In this document: piece after piece, positions 51,818 through 64,000 of the stretch
Layout: each line of letters starts with the position of its first letter
Position numbering within the stretch: the first letter of the stretch is position 1
Source of the DNA: Lytechinus pictus
Lineage: Eukaryota
Direction of reading: 5' to 3'
NCBI RefSeq assembly: GCF_037042905.1
Contig: NC_087251.1
Location: 17,300,001-17,364,000, forward strand
DNA length: 64,000 nt
Notes under the pieces: generated by a model
Databases searched by the model: none
What the model was told of the DNA's origin: nothing
The model's input: the letters and a program-made list of their open reading frames with translations, nothing else
Position numbers and translations under genes: made by a program

Positions 51818-53059
51818 CCCACTGGGCAATTTGTTACCGATTGCAATTTTACCGGTTATTACCGGTAATATCACCCGGAAATTTGAGTAACACCAAATAT
51901 TACCGTTATTACCATGTTATTACCGAAATTATAATTCCTGTTGATACCTGTTACTGTTATCACCCTGATGAAACCTACATTTACCTAGTTACAACAGGGT
52001 GATGAGGGGTAATAAGGGTAATGTTGAATGACTTTGATTGGTTATAACATTGCAAACTTTAGTAATAAGAGCAATCTTACAGCAATCCCAGCGAAATTTT
52101 CAAAGTCCAAAAAATTACTGTTATCACCCTGATGAAACCAACATTTTACCCAGTTACAAACAGGTTGATAAGGGGTAATGGGTAATGTTGAAACGCTTCC
52201 ATTCCCAGACAGCAAAGTATCTGGATCACATACGGTTCTTATCTGGGATATCTGGGTCCCATATGGGCCCACATGGAACCCAGATGAAAACATATACTTG
52301 AACCCACATGGTGCCCAGATAGGACTCAGATGGAAACGAGACCTCCAACCCATGCGGAACCCATTAATATTGGGTAAATGGAGTAATATCAGATGGTAAT
52401 ATCAGGAAAATGCTGGGAATATTAGTTACTCATGAATATTCATTACTACAATAAATGGCCAAAATTTTAGCTAATATAGCTGTAATAATTAATGTGTTTA
52501 TGTTTATGCAATTATTCCACCCAGAAAATTTTCAGAAAAATGTGTAGTTTATATATCATATTAGTCATAATCATGACATTAATTTTAGAAAAATGTTTTA
52601 GGGTTGAATAATTGTTAACCATAATTTGTCAAGTGTTGTAAACTCGCTCAATATATATATAGAAGTAAATGACAGGGTTTGGTGGATAGGTGTAGGATAG
52701 GATTAGGATTAGGATGTAGGATTTTAGGATAGGATAAGATGATATGGCTTAGAGTATGGAGTTGTAAAAATGTGCTTCAATGACCCTAATGACACTAATT
52801 GTTTTTTTAATGAGCCGACATTAATTGGGTAATATTGGGTAAACAGAGTAATATGAGGTGGTGATATCATTAAAATGCTGGAAATAGTAGTTACATCATA
52901 CTGAGAAATATTGGGTAAATGGAGTAATATCAGGTCCAGGTAATAAGAGGGAAGGATTGGTCTACTATTTCCCTGTTATTACCCACTGTTGTTACCGTAG
53001 TAATATCCATGTTATTACCTGTTACAACCCGGGTAATGTCAGGTAAAATGCCCAGTGGG
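51818..53059. mobile_element. CCC...GGG-terminated TIR element (EnSpm/CMC-like), with TTACC/GGTAA subterminal arrays and (TAGGA)n at about 52686-52740
   Basis: cccactgggca ... tgcccagtggg; 2-bp TSD TG. Confidence 0.7.
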
Positions 53060-53106
53060 TGAATTCCATCAGAGAATTTTACCAGGATGGGTTTGAACCA
53101 AAGCCT

Positions 53107-53267
53107 GGGCCCGTTTAAAAAAGGACTTAATTTACAACTGTTGTAACTTTGCCATTATGGCAACTACCATGGTAACAGGGCTCAGCGGCCAATCAGAATC
53201 AAGGTTTCCATGGTAGTTGCCATAATGGCAAAGTTACAACAGTTGTTACTCTCCATGAAACGGGCCC
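53107..53267. mobile_element. About 160-bp palindromic MITE
   Basis: gggcccgttt...aaacgggccc with internal arms actttgccattatggcaactaccatgg. Confidence 0.75.
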
Positions 53268-54059
53268 CAGTTCAGACTTTGTGTAGGTCTATACGATTGT
53301 GGTTCGCTGAGCGGGTACACTGAGAAAGTTTCAGTAATAGAAAAAAAAATGTATGCGTACTCTAGTTAAATAACACTAAATCATAGCAACAACTTTAGTG
53401 TCGTATGCCAGAAGTGAGCATTTATTTTTGTCAATTTCTGCATTGTCCCTGATAACCCATAGTTTAACATTAGGCCTATATTCTTTTACATGTATTTAAA
53501 TACATACACTCTAGTAATGTTGTAGCTGTAGAACCGGCCATTTTGTCGTTTTTAGCAAAACTGCCAAGGATTGTCAAATAATACTACGGTATGAGGTATA
53601 TTGTGAAAGAAATCATTCAGATCAACTTACAACTTTTTTCCCAATCGGTCAGAGCTTTTCAAGTCAATGCTTTGAAACATTCAAACTATACATGTATGAC
53701 TCAAAGAACAAAGGAGGTTTAAACAAACAAAAATTAATGCAGTTTTCTTCAACATTATGATCTTCCTTGGCTTGAAAATAAAAAATGTTTCTCTTTGGAG
53801 AATGGGAATCTCAGAGTTATGGAATTCTTCTAAAGAAGCTGATCCTAATTTCATTTTAAGAGCTTTGAGTCAGTTGAACAGTATATGCAGCATTAGCTGT
53901 ACCAAGACAATTTATCAAAATGGATTGAACCCAGTCAGTAGGAGCTCCCTACATCAGAGAACGCAGGCACAGCAGAAATTGTCAGCATCTTCATGATGTT
54001 TATATTTTCTATAAATTCTATTTTGACTTGAGGTAATTATGAAATAAAAAGCTTTTTGT

Positions 54060-54432
54060 GCCCTTCGCCCCCCCCCCCCCCCCGGCCCATTGCAAGTCTT
54101 TGCTATTCCCAAATCCCAGATCAAGTTGCGCGCCTCCGCTCTGGACAGATCCATGCAAGATCGCCGAAAAATAAGAGTGAGTCGTTTGTAGCTAGCTGAA
54201 ACAATTCCTATCAACGACTAACTTTTGCTAGATCTAAGTGAAAGAAGTGTTCCTGATTCTTGGACCAGAAAATATTCATACCGGTACACATCCAACCTTC
54301 TTATACTGGCAGATGTAAGATGATGTCAAAAATAGTGTTTCTACATCTTGTGCTGATAACGATCGGTACCTTCCTCTGCTTCGATTTTGGTGGACGATGG
54401 AAACTTGCAGATGCTGTCAAGACACAATGGAG
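54060..54432 (+). promoter_or_regulatory. Probable promoter and first exon of the PB1-like gene
   Basis: Local CpG/GC enrichment ending at ATGGAG|GT, followed by a compositionally distinct first intron. Confidence 0.4.
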
Positions 54433-57400
54433 GTTTGGTTTTTTTTTTACATTAACTTTTCCGTAGGGGCCTTGTCTAGAGTTTTTAATTTTAGAGTAGA
54501 TCTACCGTTATTTTCTGTCTCTGCTGAGCTTAGACTTAGAGTAATATAGATCTAGATGATGTAGTAGTCTATAACGGAACAGAGACAGAGTAACTAGCAC
54601 TAACACTAGCAGTGAGTGAGATTGACTCAGATTAAAACTAATGCATGGAACAGACATTTCAGTTTTTTCAGCGACTTTGTCAGATACGGTGCCGTACCGT
54701 ACCTTAGCTTAGCCATAGGCCTAGATCTAAGTTCTAACGTTAAGTTAGATTCTAATCTAGATTAGATCTAAGTGTTAATGTTACAGTCTGGATAGTATGG
54801 GCATGGAATCATGGGGATCATGACATGGATGTCAAAATTGTGAGCTCTTGAGTCTAAAATTAGACTGCGACAGCGGTGCGTGCGGGGTCGGGCCGCTGGG
54901 GCTCGGGTTGGAGTCTGCATATTATTTGGGCACAACATTGGGTTAATCTAGTCTAGAGTCTAGCAAGGGACTAGGGACTTTAGGGTCATAATGTTCAGTG
55001 CTGGATGCAGGATGTTCTGTTCCGTTACAGTCTAGATCTAATGATCTATGACTATGTCCAGCTCCTGGTGATATACTGCCCGGTATTACAGTGACGTCTG
55101 AATTGGCGCGGTCCGAGAAGGACTAGGGCCTAGACTAGAGCCGAGGTTCTAACGATAGGTTAGAATATATGAGACTATTCTAGGCCCGGCCTAGACTAGA
55201 TCTAGAGTCTAATCAAATCTAAATTCTGCATTAGAATCTAGGCCCTAATACGCCACCAAAAAATCAATCCTCTTTTCAAATTGCAATTGAGACCTTATAC
55301 TAGACTCTAGGGCCTAGACCTAGTAGGCCTAGTACTAGTAGTAACTTACAAGCTCAGGAAGATTATTCCTTAACTTGCAGTTGCACTGTGTAGTGTACAA
55401 GTTCTTATGTGGAGTAGGGAGCCTAGGGTCTAGTTCTAGATCTATGATTTTAGCTCTAGATCTAGACCCTAATCTTGAATTTTGAAAAGCTTGACCCCTT
55501 GTATAGATCTACTGGTGAGAGACCTAAGTTGCAGACATGGGGCAAAATCAGGATCATGTTTGTGGAGAATCTTAAAGGTCTCGTGCCATTCCTACTACTA
55601 GCTCGTCTATATTATTAAAACGAATAGGAAAATTAAAGATGAGTAGGCCTAGGTCTAGACCTAATCATATTTCGTAGCGATACAGTAGGCCTATACACGT
55701 CTAAAAACACAAATAAATCACAAAATTTAGGCCTAGGCCTTAATGTATATTCTAGATCTATTATAGAATCTAGATCTAGTCTAGGCCCTAGCTTAGATCT
55801 GGTCTGATCTATCTAGATCTTTGTCTAACATTTGGACTGTAGCCTAACTTAGATAAAGAATTAGATCTAAAAAATGAAAATATAAACCTCAGTCTCTTAA
55901 TGTCGATTAACAATAACAGGATTTAGACCCTACATTTCTGTGACAAAAATTGTCAATGAAGACTAACAATGCACCAAAACAATTTGCAGAGAAGTAGTCG
56001 ATATTTTCACCACAATTCTTGTTTATCGTTTTACCGATGACCTATTTTATTCAATTTGTGATCATAATGAGCTTAGTCCGTGCTTCAATTGTTAAGACGC
56101 CACACATTTATCCAAGCAGTCGATTAATTTCCTGTCCCCCTCTCCTTCCAATGCTGCTCTCTAGCTTAATGTGATTTTTCATTATGAAACAGAATATGTA
56201 TTTAATTGCAATTCCATTCTTTCTGTTCACCTATATTTTGTTAGTGCAAATCAAGATACCTTAACTGAAGCGGCCAACTTATATTCAACAAGATTACCTG
56301 TAAGTATCGATGCCTCTTAATGCCCGGGGGATGGTTCATAAAACCCTTTGTAAGTTGATTTTACACACAACAGGTGAGTCTTTCTCACGCCAACTCAGAA
56401 AACCCAGACTCTGCGTTTATATTGATAGTGACTTTTCTATAATTCTAATCACACCCTGAATAATGAAATGCCAACAACAAACTTTATCTTAAAAGATGAA
56501 ATCTTAACTGTCGCCGATGGGAATAGAAATAATTGAGAATCTGGGGAGCATTTCATCAACATTTGTCATCCGACATGTTGCAGGATCTAGATTTTTTTCT
56601 TCAAATTTAGGGGTTATTATCTCTCCAAAATATTGGCAAGCCAGAAACTTAACAAAAAAGGTTATCACTCAACAGTGGAGGTTGTTTGGTCTAAAAAATA
56701 AATTACATGCAAAAAAACGGGCATTTTTACGGGGTGCACCCCCTTCCAATATCGGCTCCTGTTATGCTTTGTGACATTTAAATTATTAAATAATTGTTTA
56801 AATAAAATTGTCTCAATAAGGGTCTATAATCATGATTCAATTATTGCTTAAAAATTTACATATACAACACACATTAGAAGACATGTGCTCAGAGGTCCAG
56901 ACTACGCGATGTCGACAAAAAATACCCCATACCCTGCTTCTCATAAGTTGCCTAAATAACTTAACATTTTTAATAGAAAGTGGATTTAACGAATATAATT
57001 TTACTTTTGGATTATCAAAAGAGAAATGACTCATCAAGCTGTGAGCCTATTTTATTTTTTGGTAAATCTAAATACTTTTATTTTCAATGTTTGGATTCAT
57101 AGACAAAATGAAAGACCACATAAAAAAAAAAAAATCTGTGTGAAAGATGTCATCTAAACATTATTTATGGATGAAATCTACATTCCAAAATCTCCAAATT
57201 AAAAGTATTGCTTCCGCGCAGGATAAAGAAAGAAAGAAAAGAAAGATCTTATTTTGGAAAGCCGAAAAACAACTTGTCTAGCATTAAATAAAGTTTTATC
57301 GTCTTTTATAGTGAAAGAAAAGTGATATAAAATATTCCTGCCAAATCTAAATTTTTACAAAGGATCTATAGAAAATGATATACCGATTACAAACTTAATG

Positions 57401-60400
57401 TTGAGTCCAATAACATTTACAAAAGCTTTCGACAGGTTTTATTTAATAGTTGATTCCCTAGTCTCAGATAATCGTCATTCATATACGTTCTCATGTGTAG
57501 TTTTCCTCCTTCCTCTTGCAGTTAAAGGTGCGCTACTTTGGAGAACATGACACGTTTGTGAAATGGATAGCTCCTGGACATTGTTCTGCAACTCATCCCA
57601 GGTAACTTGCAGTGAATCGGCAGGCTTGTAACTAACCTTTACTTTTTTTTTCATTTATGCTTGTTTTTTTTTCATATTACTTCAAGTCATCACTATAACA
57701 TAAACTGCAAAAGCTTGTTTCAAAGTCCTAGATTGCCGGTACTTGTTTTGTTTTTTTCATAATTCATGGCTCCTTGTATCTCATCTGAATATGTTTGATA
57801 ATATGGAATTTCATCTTGATTCCAGTCTCTTCTGAAAACATCTTGCCTGAAATCTAAGTTAGTTTTGTATATATGTATTACTCAAATTGGTTCACGTCGC
57901 TTGGCATACCAAAGCTGAAATCAACATGATTGAATGTTTATTCGTCTTGGTTGGAAATTTCTTATTACCTTCATAGGAAACCATTTTTTGTTTTAAACTC
58001 AATATCAAGGATAAAATGATAAGTATGTTTGTTTTCAAATTATTTCAGTGAGGAAGAAACGGAGATTAGTTGCACCTTGGCAGGACTTCATGGTGTGAGA
58101 GTAAAATATCGTGACGATCATGATGGTGATTTAGTAAGCATTTATCTAATTGTTTCACATATAATTAGAAGTCATCAGTGTCATCAGTCATCAGAATATT
58201 CAGCAATGCATTATTGAAAAAAAAAAACAGTTTATTCACTCATCTTTGCAGGAGGTAAATTGTACAAGGTGACTTTATTGGAGTTTTTCGCTGATGAAAT
58301 GAATTATATTTCATAATGGATGTACAGTATCATGAATTAATATGATTACCATATTTATAGCTAAGGGAAGAGAGAGGCACAGAGCAGCCAACTATTAAGA
58401 AAAATTATGATTTTCATATCAAATCATGCCATTGCGCTTTTGACCTTAATAATTACTATTTTGAAAGCATGTAATGATGCTCATTATTCGTATGATTGTG
58501 TATCTTTGTTTACATCCCTCTAAATGTTATCATCACATCATGCTTAAATACTGACTCGATCTTGTGTTTTTTCCGTTTTGAATTTATCATATTTACGCAA
58601 AAGAGAGAGTACTACAGATGATTCTCAAGCTGAGCCTTAAAAGAAAGAGGATTAATTTCTTTTTAAGGAATCTGTTTTTTTTATATTAACTTTTCAAAGA
58701 AATTTATAATACTGTGTGTCACACATGAATTTATGATTTTTATGTCAAAATTATGACTTTTGAGCTTCTGGATTACTACTTTTAACTTTTAATGGTTTGC
58801 AGCTCTAGAGGCAGGAAGAGACAGACAGAAAGACCGGGAGGAAAAAGGGAGAGAAAGGCTAATATAAAGTGATTGAAATGTATATAGAAACAAATTATGA
58901 GCATGGATTATATTCACTAACCGTAAAATATCTTTTAAGGAAATGCATCATCAAAATTATGAATCAAATTCTCTATAAACCATTATACAGTGCGTCCCAC
59001 AAAAAACGAAACCGAGATTTATCGATGATTTATCATAACTTAATCACAAATACAATAGACACAAATTACCTACCATTTTAAAGCTTAGAATCTCCTCTTT
59101 CATCTAAAGTTACTTAGATTTTTTCTCATTCACCCATGAGTGAGCAAAAACAATTTGAAAAGGGGATACCAAAAAGTCACTTGGCGGGCCGTATCTGGGT
59201 TTTAAAAAGAAAACCACATTTTTAAAACGTTCAACATCTGCTCTTTAATTTGATACCTCAATTACAGAAAATGGTCAAGAAATAACAAAGTTCTGGTTAT
59301 TTGAAATAAGGCTTGAATTTCAATAATTTCATAAAATGAAGAGGTTTTACAGGCTTGCGTTCAAACTCACTCGACACTCCGTTTTGTTGATGATCAGCCA
59401 TGCATTAAGTCTTTTGTTACCGTGCGATAGCTTCTGTGGGAAACCAGTGAAAACACGTTTATTTAATGAAATTATTGAAATACAAGCATTGTTTCGAGAG
59501 ATCATAACTTTTTTACTTCTTGACCATTTTCTGTGATTAAGGTATCAAACAAAAGAGCAGATATTGAACTTTTTAGTCATGTGATTTTCTTTTTGAAATT
59601 CAGATACCCCCCGCCAGATGAGTTTTTGGCAGCCTTTCTTCTAATTGTTCTTGCTCACTCATGCGTGAATGAGGAATAACCTAAGTAATATAAGATAAAA
59701 GAGGAGATTCTAAGCTTTACATTGGTAGGTCATTTGTTTATTGTATTTATGATTAAGTTATGATAAATCATCTCTAAATCTCGGTTTCGTTTTTTCTGGG
59801 ACGCACTGTATATTTTCGAAAGGATGTACATCATCCTAACTATCTTGACCAGACTGATTTTTTTTCATACACCCCAAAAAGTGGCAACCTTTTATCCAAC
59901 ATCTCTCTTTATCATTTTAATCAGATTTCTTTTATAGTCTTACTGAAATGAAAATTGCAAACATATGCACAGATAAATAAGAATAGTATGGGTAATCTTT
60001 GCTGCAGATTACTGACCTCAAAGTAGTGATCATGAAGAATTCACCTACCTGTTACATGTGGTATGTGCTGGTTGAAAAAAGGTGAGTTGAATATTTTCCA
60101 CTTATAAGCGATAATTAATTAATACAAAAGATGCTTTGAAGTTGTCTCGTTGACATACGTTAAGCATACATTCAGCTTTTATACAGTGCGTATCAAAAAA
60201 AAGTTTACACTTTGAAAAAGCCCTGGGAATTAAAAAATATACAACATGTTGGTATTTTTTAAACGTATAATCCTTTACCCTTTTTGTGCCAGCTGGATCT
60301 GAGGACATAACTGAATCTGAACAAAAGTTTATACCAGACATCTCCAGCATTTTTTCACTAATTTTTTTATCATTTAAAGTGGGTTTACATTTCATTTTTC

Positions 60401-62809
60401 ATTTAATACTTGTTTCTTCACACTTTTCCCAAGCTTGAAAATGATTAACTAAATGAAAATCAAGCCTAGGCCATTTCATGTAAATCACAGCTCAGTGTAA
60501 AGCAAATAACGTCTCGATGGCCTCGGTGTGTGGGGGAGTGGGGTGGGGCGCAATGCACTCTTCGAAGTGTTTTGGGCAAGGAAACAAGTTTTAAAAGGTA
60601 AAAGATATCTTCAAATCAAATTTACTAGCTAAATTCCATGTGTTCTTCATGGTTAAGGTCTACTTTTATTTGCATAACTATTTCAAAGTTCTGCGCAAAT
60701 CATTTTTCACTAACTTTTCAAAAGTAAGTGGTGCTCACTCAAGCGGAAATATTTTTTGACAGTTATATCGTCATTTGCTTAAATGGATCTTTACCAATGT
60801 TAAAATGTGAAAAAAATCTTCAGGATATTACAAATGTCTAATTTTACAGGATTTTTTCAAAGTGTAGACTTTTTTTGATACGCACTATATAGTGCTTTTT
60901 CCAAGTGCTTATGTAAAGGGGATATTATTTAGAAAAATACTCTTACTAAAGGGCAAGAACGGATATCATTAGGGAGAACTACTCCAGATACAAGGACCAG
61001 TGAAGCTTATATGTATTGCTTATCTTTCTTGGACATCATTTTAGGAATTTGTAACCAAAAATGATCTGTTCTAGAACGTGATGAATTGTTTCTGTCATGG
61101 ACCAAAACCACTTTTGTATTGTAACAAGACTGTATATTTGGTTTATATCAAATGTTATAGTTTGGATTATTTGAAATTCTTATAACAGGGGGAAGGAATA
61201 AAGCAATCATCATTTCGACCTCTTAAAAAGGAATCAATAGATTTAAGATATTCCCTAATTTTTTACATAATATGCAGAAAATATAATCTAAAATGAAAAT
61301 CACATTTGGAATAGAGTAGCCATGAGTGTGTCTTCACTAAAAATGACAAAACTTTGTTTATTAGATATCTGACAAGGTAGAATCATGATCACAGGACATT
61401 ATATTTGGATTTTAGAGGTGATGTTGTGATTGATTCCTTGTTTTGTTGTATTGGTCATGAAATAAAACTGTTTTATCAATATCACAGGACATGGAGTGAG
61501 GATGAGATTGTTGTAAAGGTGTGGATATGGGATCCACTTCTTTCAAGTATTGAAGAAATGAAGCAAATTGCTACCAGACCTTCACAGGTAAAAAGCTTTT
61601 TAATGTAAACAATGCCATTCCTGATTACCTCCTTGTCGGTGTTTTTGTTATAGTTTATGAATGATGTACATTGCCATAACAACGGTGCACTATTGATTCT
61701 TCATTTTTCATGCTGGTTTCAAACCAAATGCCTTATAGCTAAACTGTAATTTTCTTTGTTGAACGTGTATGTAGAGCCACATGATTCAGGGTCTCACCTT
61801 TAATGTATAAATCATACAAAAATATACAATTTCCATTCGTTTTCCAATATTGCTAAGTGCTATCTGCTTCATTAGCTTTAGTAAAACATTAGCTTTATAC
61901 ATTCCTTCTTAAATGTGCAACATTGTATCAATTCTATTTCTTTTGAATGAAGGTGAACAATGTGAAGTGGATGTTGCCAAAGATATTGTATTACTTTCCC
62001 CTTTATATTTCTATATTCACTTGTGAACCAAATTTTCAAATTGAATGTTACCCTTATATTTAGCCGTTTTATATACTTTATTTTCTTAATTACAATTAAA
62101 TGAGGAAAGTAATGTTACAATTGTTTTGTGCAGTACTGTATTCAGTTTTCGAAAGGGCTCAAAGCGCTAATAATAGAGGAGTGCAAAATGAGATATGAAT
62201 GTAATGATACCTAATTATGTCAGCAACTTTGCAAAGTTAAATATTTCTTTGGGTTTGTGTTCCCTAAAAATTATTTCATAAAATTTTGAATGGTTTTCCA
62301 ACAACTAGAAAAAGAAGTTGACAATGGCCCGCATTCTGAAGTCGGGTTTAACTTAAACTCAGGTTTAAAGTTGTGGTTTAAGTATGGGAAGCCAAAATTA
62401 TAAATTTTTGTTTTAAGTTGTATGTTTTTTATGTTTACTGTGCTCTTTCCTGATACATCGATGGTGAAGACAATCATCTATTTATACTTCCTACACAATT
62501 ACGAATGATTTGAGAGCTGAAAGTATGATATCCCTACTGTTAGTGATGTAACAATTGGCTGTCCATACTTACACCACAACTTTAAACCTGAGTTTAAGTT
62601 AAACCCGACTTCAGAATACGGGCCAATGAGTTTTTGATTGTCATTGTTGTTTATGCTTATCTCCATTTTAATTTGTAAACTTTATTTCGTGCAAATAAAT
62701 GAGTAATAAGTATATCTAGTTCCCCTTTAGTGTATGATTTTACGATCAGCTTCATGGAATCCCTTCTATTTCTTTCAGTTTTCAGAAAGACTGACCAAGA
62801 TATTCGCAG
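54427..62809 (+). CDS. 5' part of a gene with a PB1-like N-terminal domain; join(54427..54432,57522..57601,58049..58133,60008..60060,61488..61587,62779..62809), continues beyond the window
   Basis: Phase-compatible GT-AG exons give MELKVRYFGEHDTFVKWIAPGHCSATHPSEEETEISCTLAGLHGVRVKYRDDHDGDLITDLK...TWSEDEIVVKVWIWDP... The N-terminal K and the KYxDxxxGDL acidic motif resemble PB1/OPCA. Exon 1 follows a CpG-rich stretch. The exons at 60008 and 62779 are the least certain. Confidence 0.55.
58988..59808. mobile_element. Tc1/mariner-like MITE with long TIRs
   Basis: TA|cagtgcgtccca...tgggacgcactg|TA; the arms pair over about 350 bp. Confidence 0.88.
60184..60887. mobile_element. Tc1/mariner-like MITE
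   Basis: TA|cagtgcgtatcaaaaaaaagtttacactttgaaaaa ... tttttcaaagtgtagactttttttgatacgcact(a)|TA. Confidence 0.85.
62326..62624. mobile_element. About 300-bp MITE, same family as 30230-30540 in opposite orientation
   Basis: AAT 3-bp TSD; TIR ggcccg(c/t)attctgaagtcgggtttaacttaaactcagg. Confidence 0.85.
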
Positions 62810-63046
62810 GTAAGGGCCAGATACCAGGAATGTTAGAATTGATTCCAGACCCACGATTTCATCTAGACTGTTCAAATATGACCTTCATAGAGGCTGATAG
62901 GTATGCTAATTATTTCGGTGTTTTCAAGGGGATACTGTACAAAGATTGATTTTAATGGACCCCACATTTCCATTTTCATATGCTTTATTTCATACAGCTT
63001 TTCTACAAAATGTGCATTCCTAAATTTGTATCTGATCTATAAATCT

Positions 63047-63176
63047 GGGGAGCGTTTCATAAACATTTTCATCCGACAAGTTGTCAGATCTAACAACTTC
63101 CCTTAATTATTATTGGTTTAGAAGCACTGTTACTATGGTAACTGTCGGATAAAATAAGACTCCATGAAATGCTCCC
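63047..63176. mobile_element. Internally deleted copy of the same MITE family
   Basis: gggagcgtttcat...atgaaatgctccc with shared internal ccgacaagttgtcagatct. Confidence 0.7.
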
Positions 63177-64000
63177 TAGATACAAATCTAAGGATTGAAA
63201 TTATATGAAATACGAAGTAATGTATTTCTTCATATGAGGTTTGAATGGAAATGAAATAAAGTATTGAATTGAATGCTCTTATCAATTCAGAGTCAGTGTT
63301 TGATCTATAATTTGAAAGAATAGGATATACCTGGATAGATAAGATAGATGGATCGATAAAAAAAAACATGTGCACATATTTGTAGCATTATTTCTTCTGT
63401 CATTCCATTTCATTTGATGTAAGATAAAAGAGAATTGTGTACGAACTGCTTTGCCCATGGACATAATATTCTGTGCCGAGAATCGAACTTCATAATTTCA
63501 TATATATAGTCAGGCACCTCAGACCATGCAGCTTTGGAGTCTCCTCTATATAGAATTCTTGTTTCGTTTATTTTGTCACTAATTGAAAATAGGACTTTAC
63601 AGCGATATATTTATGTAAATATAAAGTTATACGACTCACTGAAAGTGTCAAATTACAGTTGTACATTCATGTAGATTAATGATCATTTTAAGTGTCGTAT
63701 TTCTCGTCTATGAAGTATTTGGGAGTTCTACGTTCGAGTAGATCCGTGCAAGATCCATAAAGTGCAAGTAAGCGGCAAACCAAGCGTGGCCTCTCATGGA
63801 TGTTTTATCAGGTATATGATATCAAAGAGTGAACTCATTAACATTTAGTTTTGTATCAGCATAATACATTTTTTTAATGATTTTATTCTGGTAATAATTG
63901 CGGTAATTCTTTTTTTTCTTCAGAATTTTTAGTTTATTTTCCCTGATAATAAATGCAGCTTTGTAGGTCTATGTATATCGAATACATCTGTTTAAGGTCC

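Noticed and set aside
51964..52145. CTGATGA motifs as additional hammerheads (also 26562 and 42463)
   Set aside because: No stem II followed by a GAAA box and cleavage triplet.

Overview
AT-rich, intron-containing animal genomic DNA, not prokaryotic. The SRCR gene structure and the repeat families suggest an echinoderm such as a sea urchin (inference). Three + strand spliced genes can be built by hand with consistent intron phases. (1) An Angel/ANGEL2-type EEP-family phosphatase, CDS 4160-8595, about 691 aa. (2) A type-I membrane scavenger receptor, 32467-44536, about 945 aa, with signal peptide, 6 SRCR domains, a TM helix, PPxY motifs and an 18-aa tandem-repeat tail. (3) The 5' exons of a PB1-domain-like gene starting at 54427 and running off the window. 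An inverted SRCR pseudo-exon lies at 27859-28183. The rest is dense with transposon material: a 5.2-kb non-autonomous piggyBac-like element just after the Angel stop; a nest in which a Harbinger-like element holds an Academ-like element that in turn holds Helentron-like and LINE pieces; many MITEs; and a Penelope-type minimal hammerhead ribozyme. The most unusual signals are a strongly CTAG/palindrome-enriched first intron, the hammerhead, a likely frameshifted SRCR tail, an NF-kB/bZIP/GATA cluster between head-to-head SRCR copies, and arrays of octamer and DR1 motifs inside transposons. All coordinates and counts were read by eye; no database searches were run.
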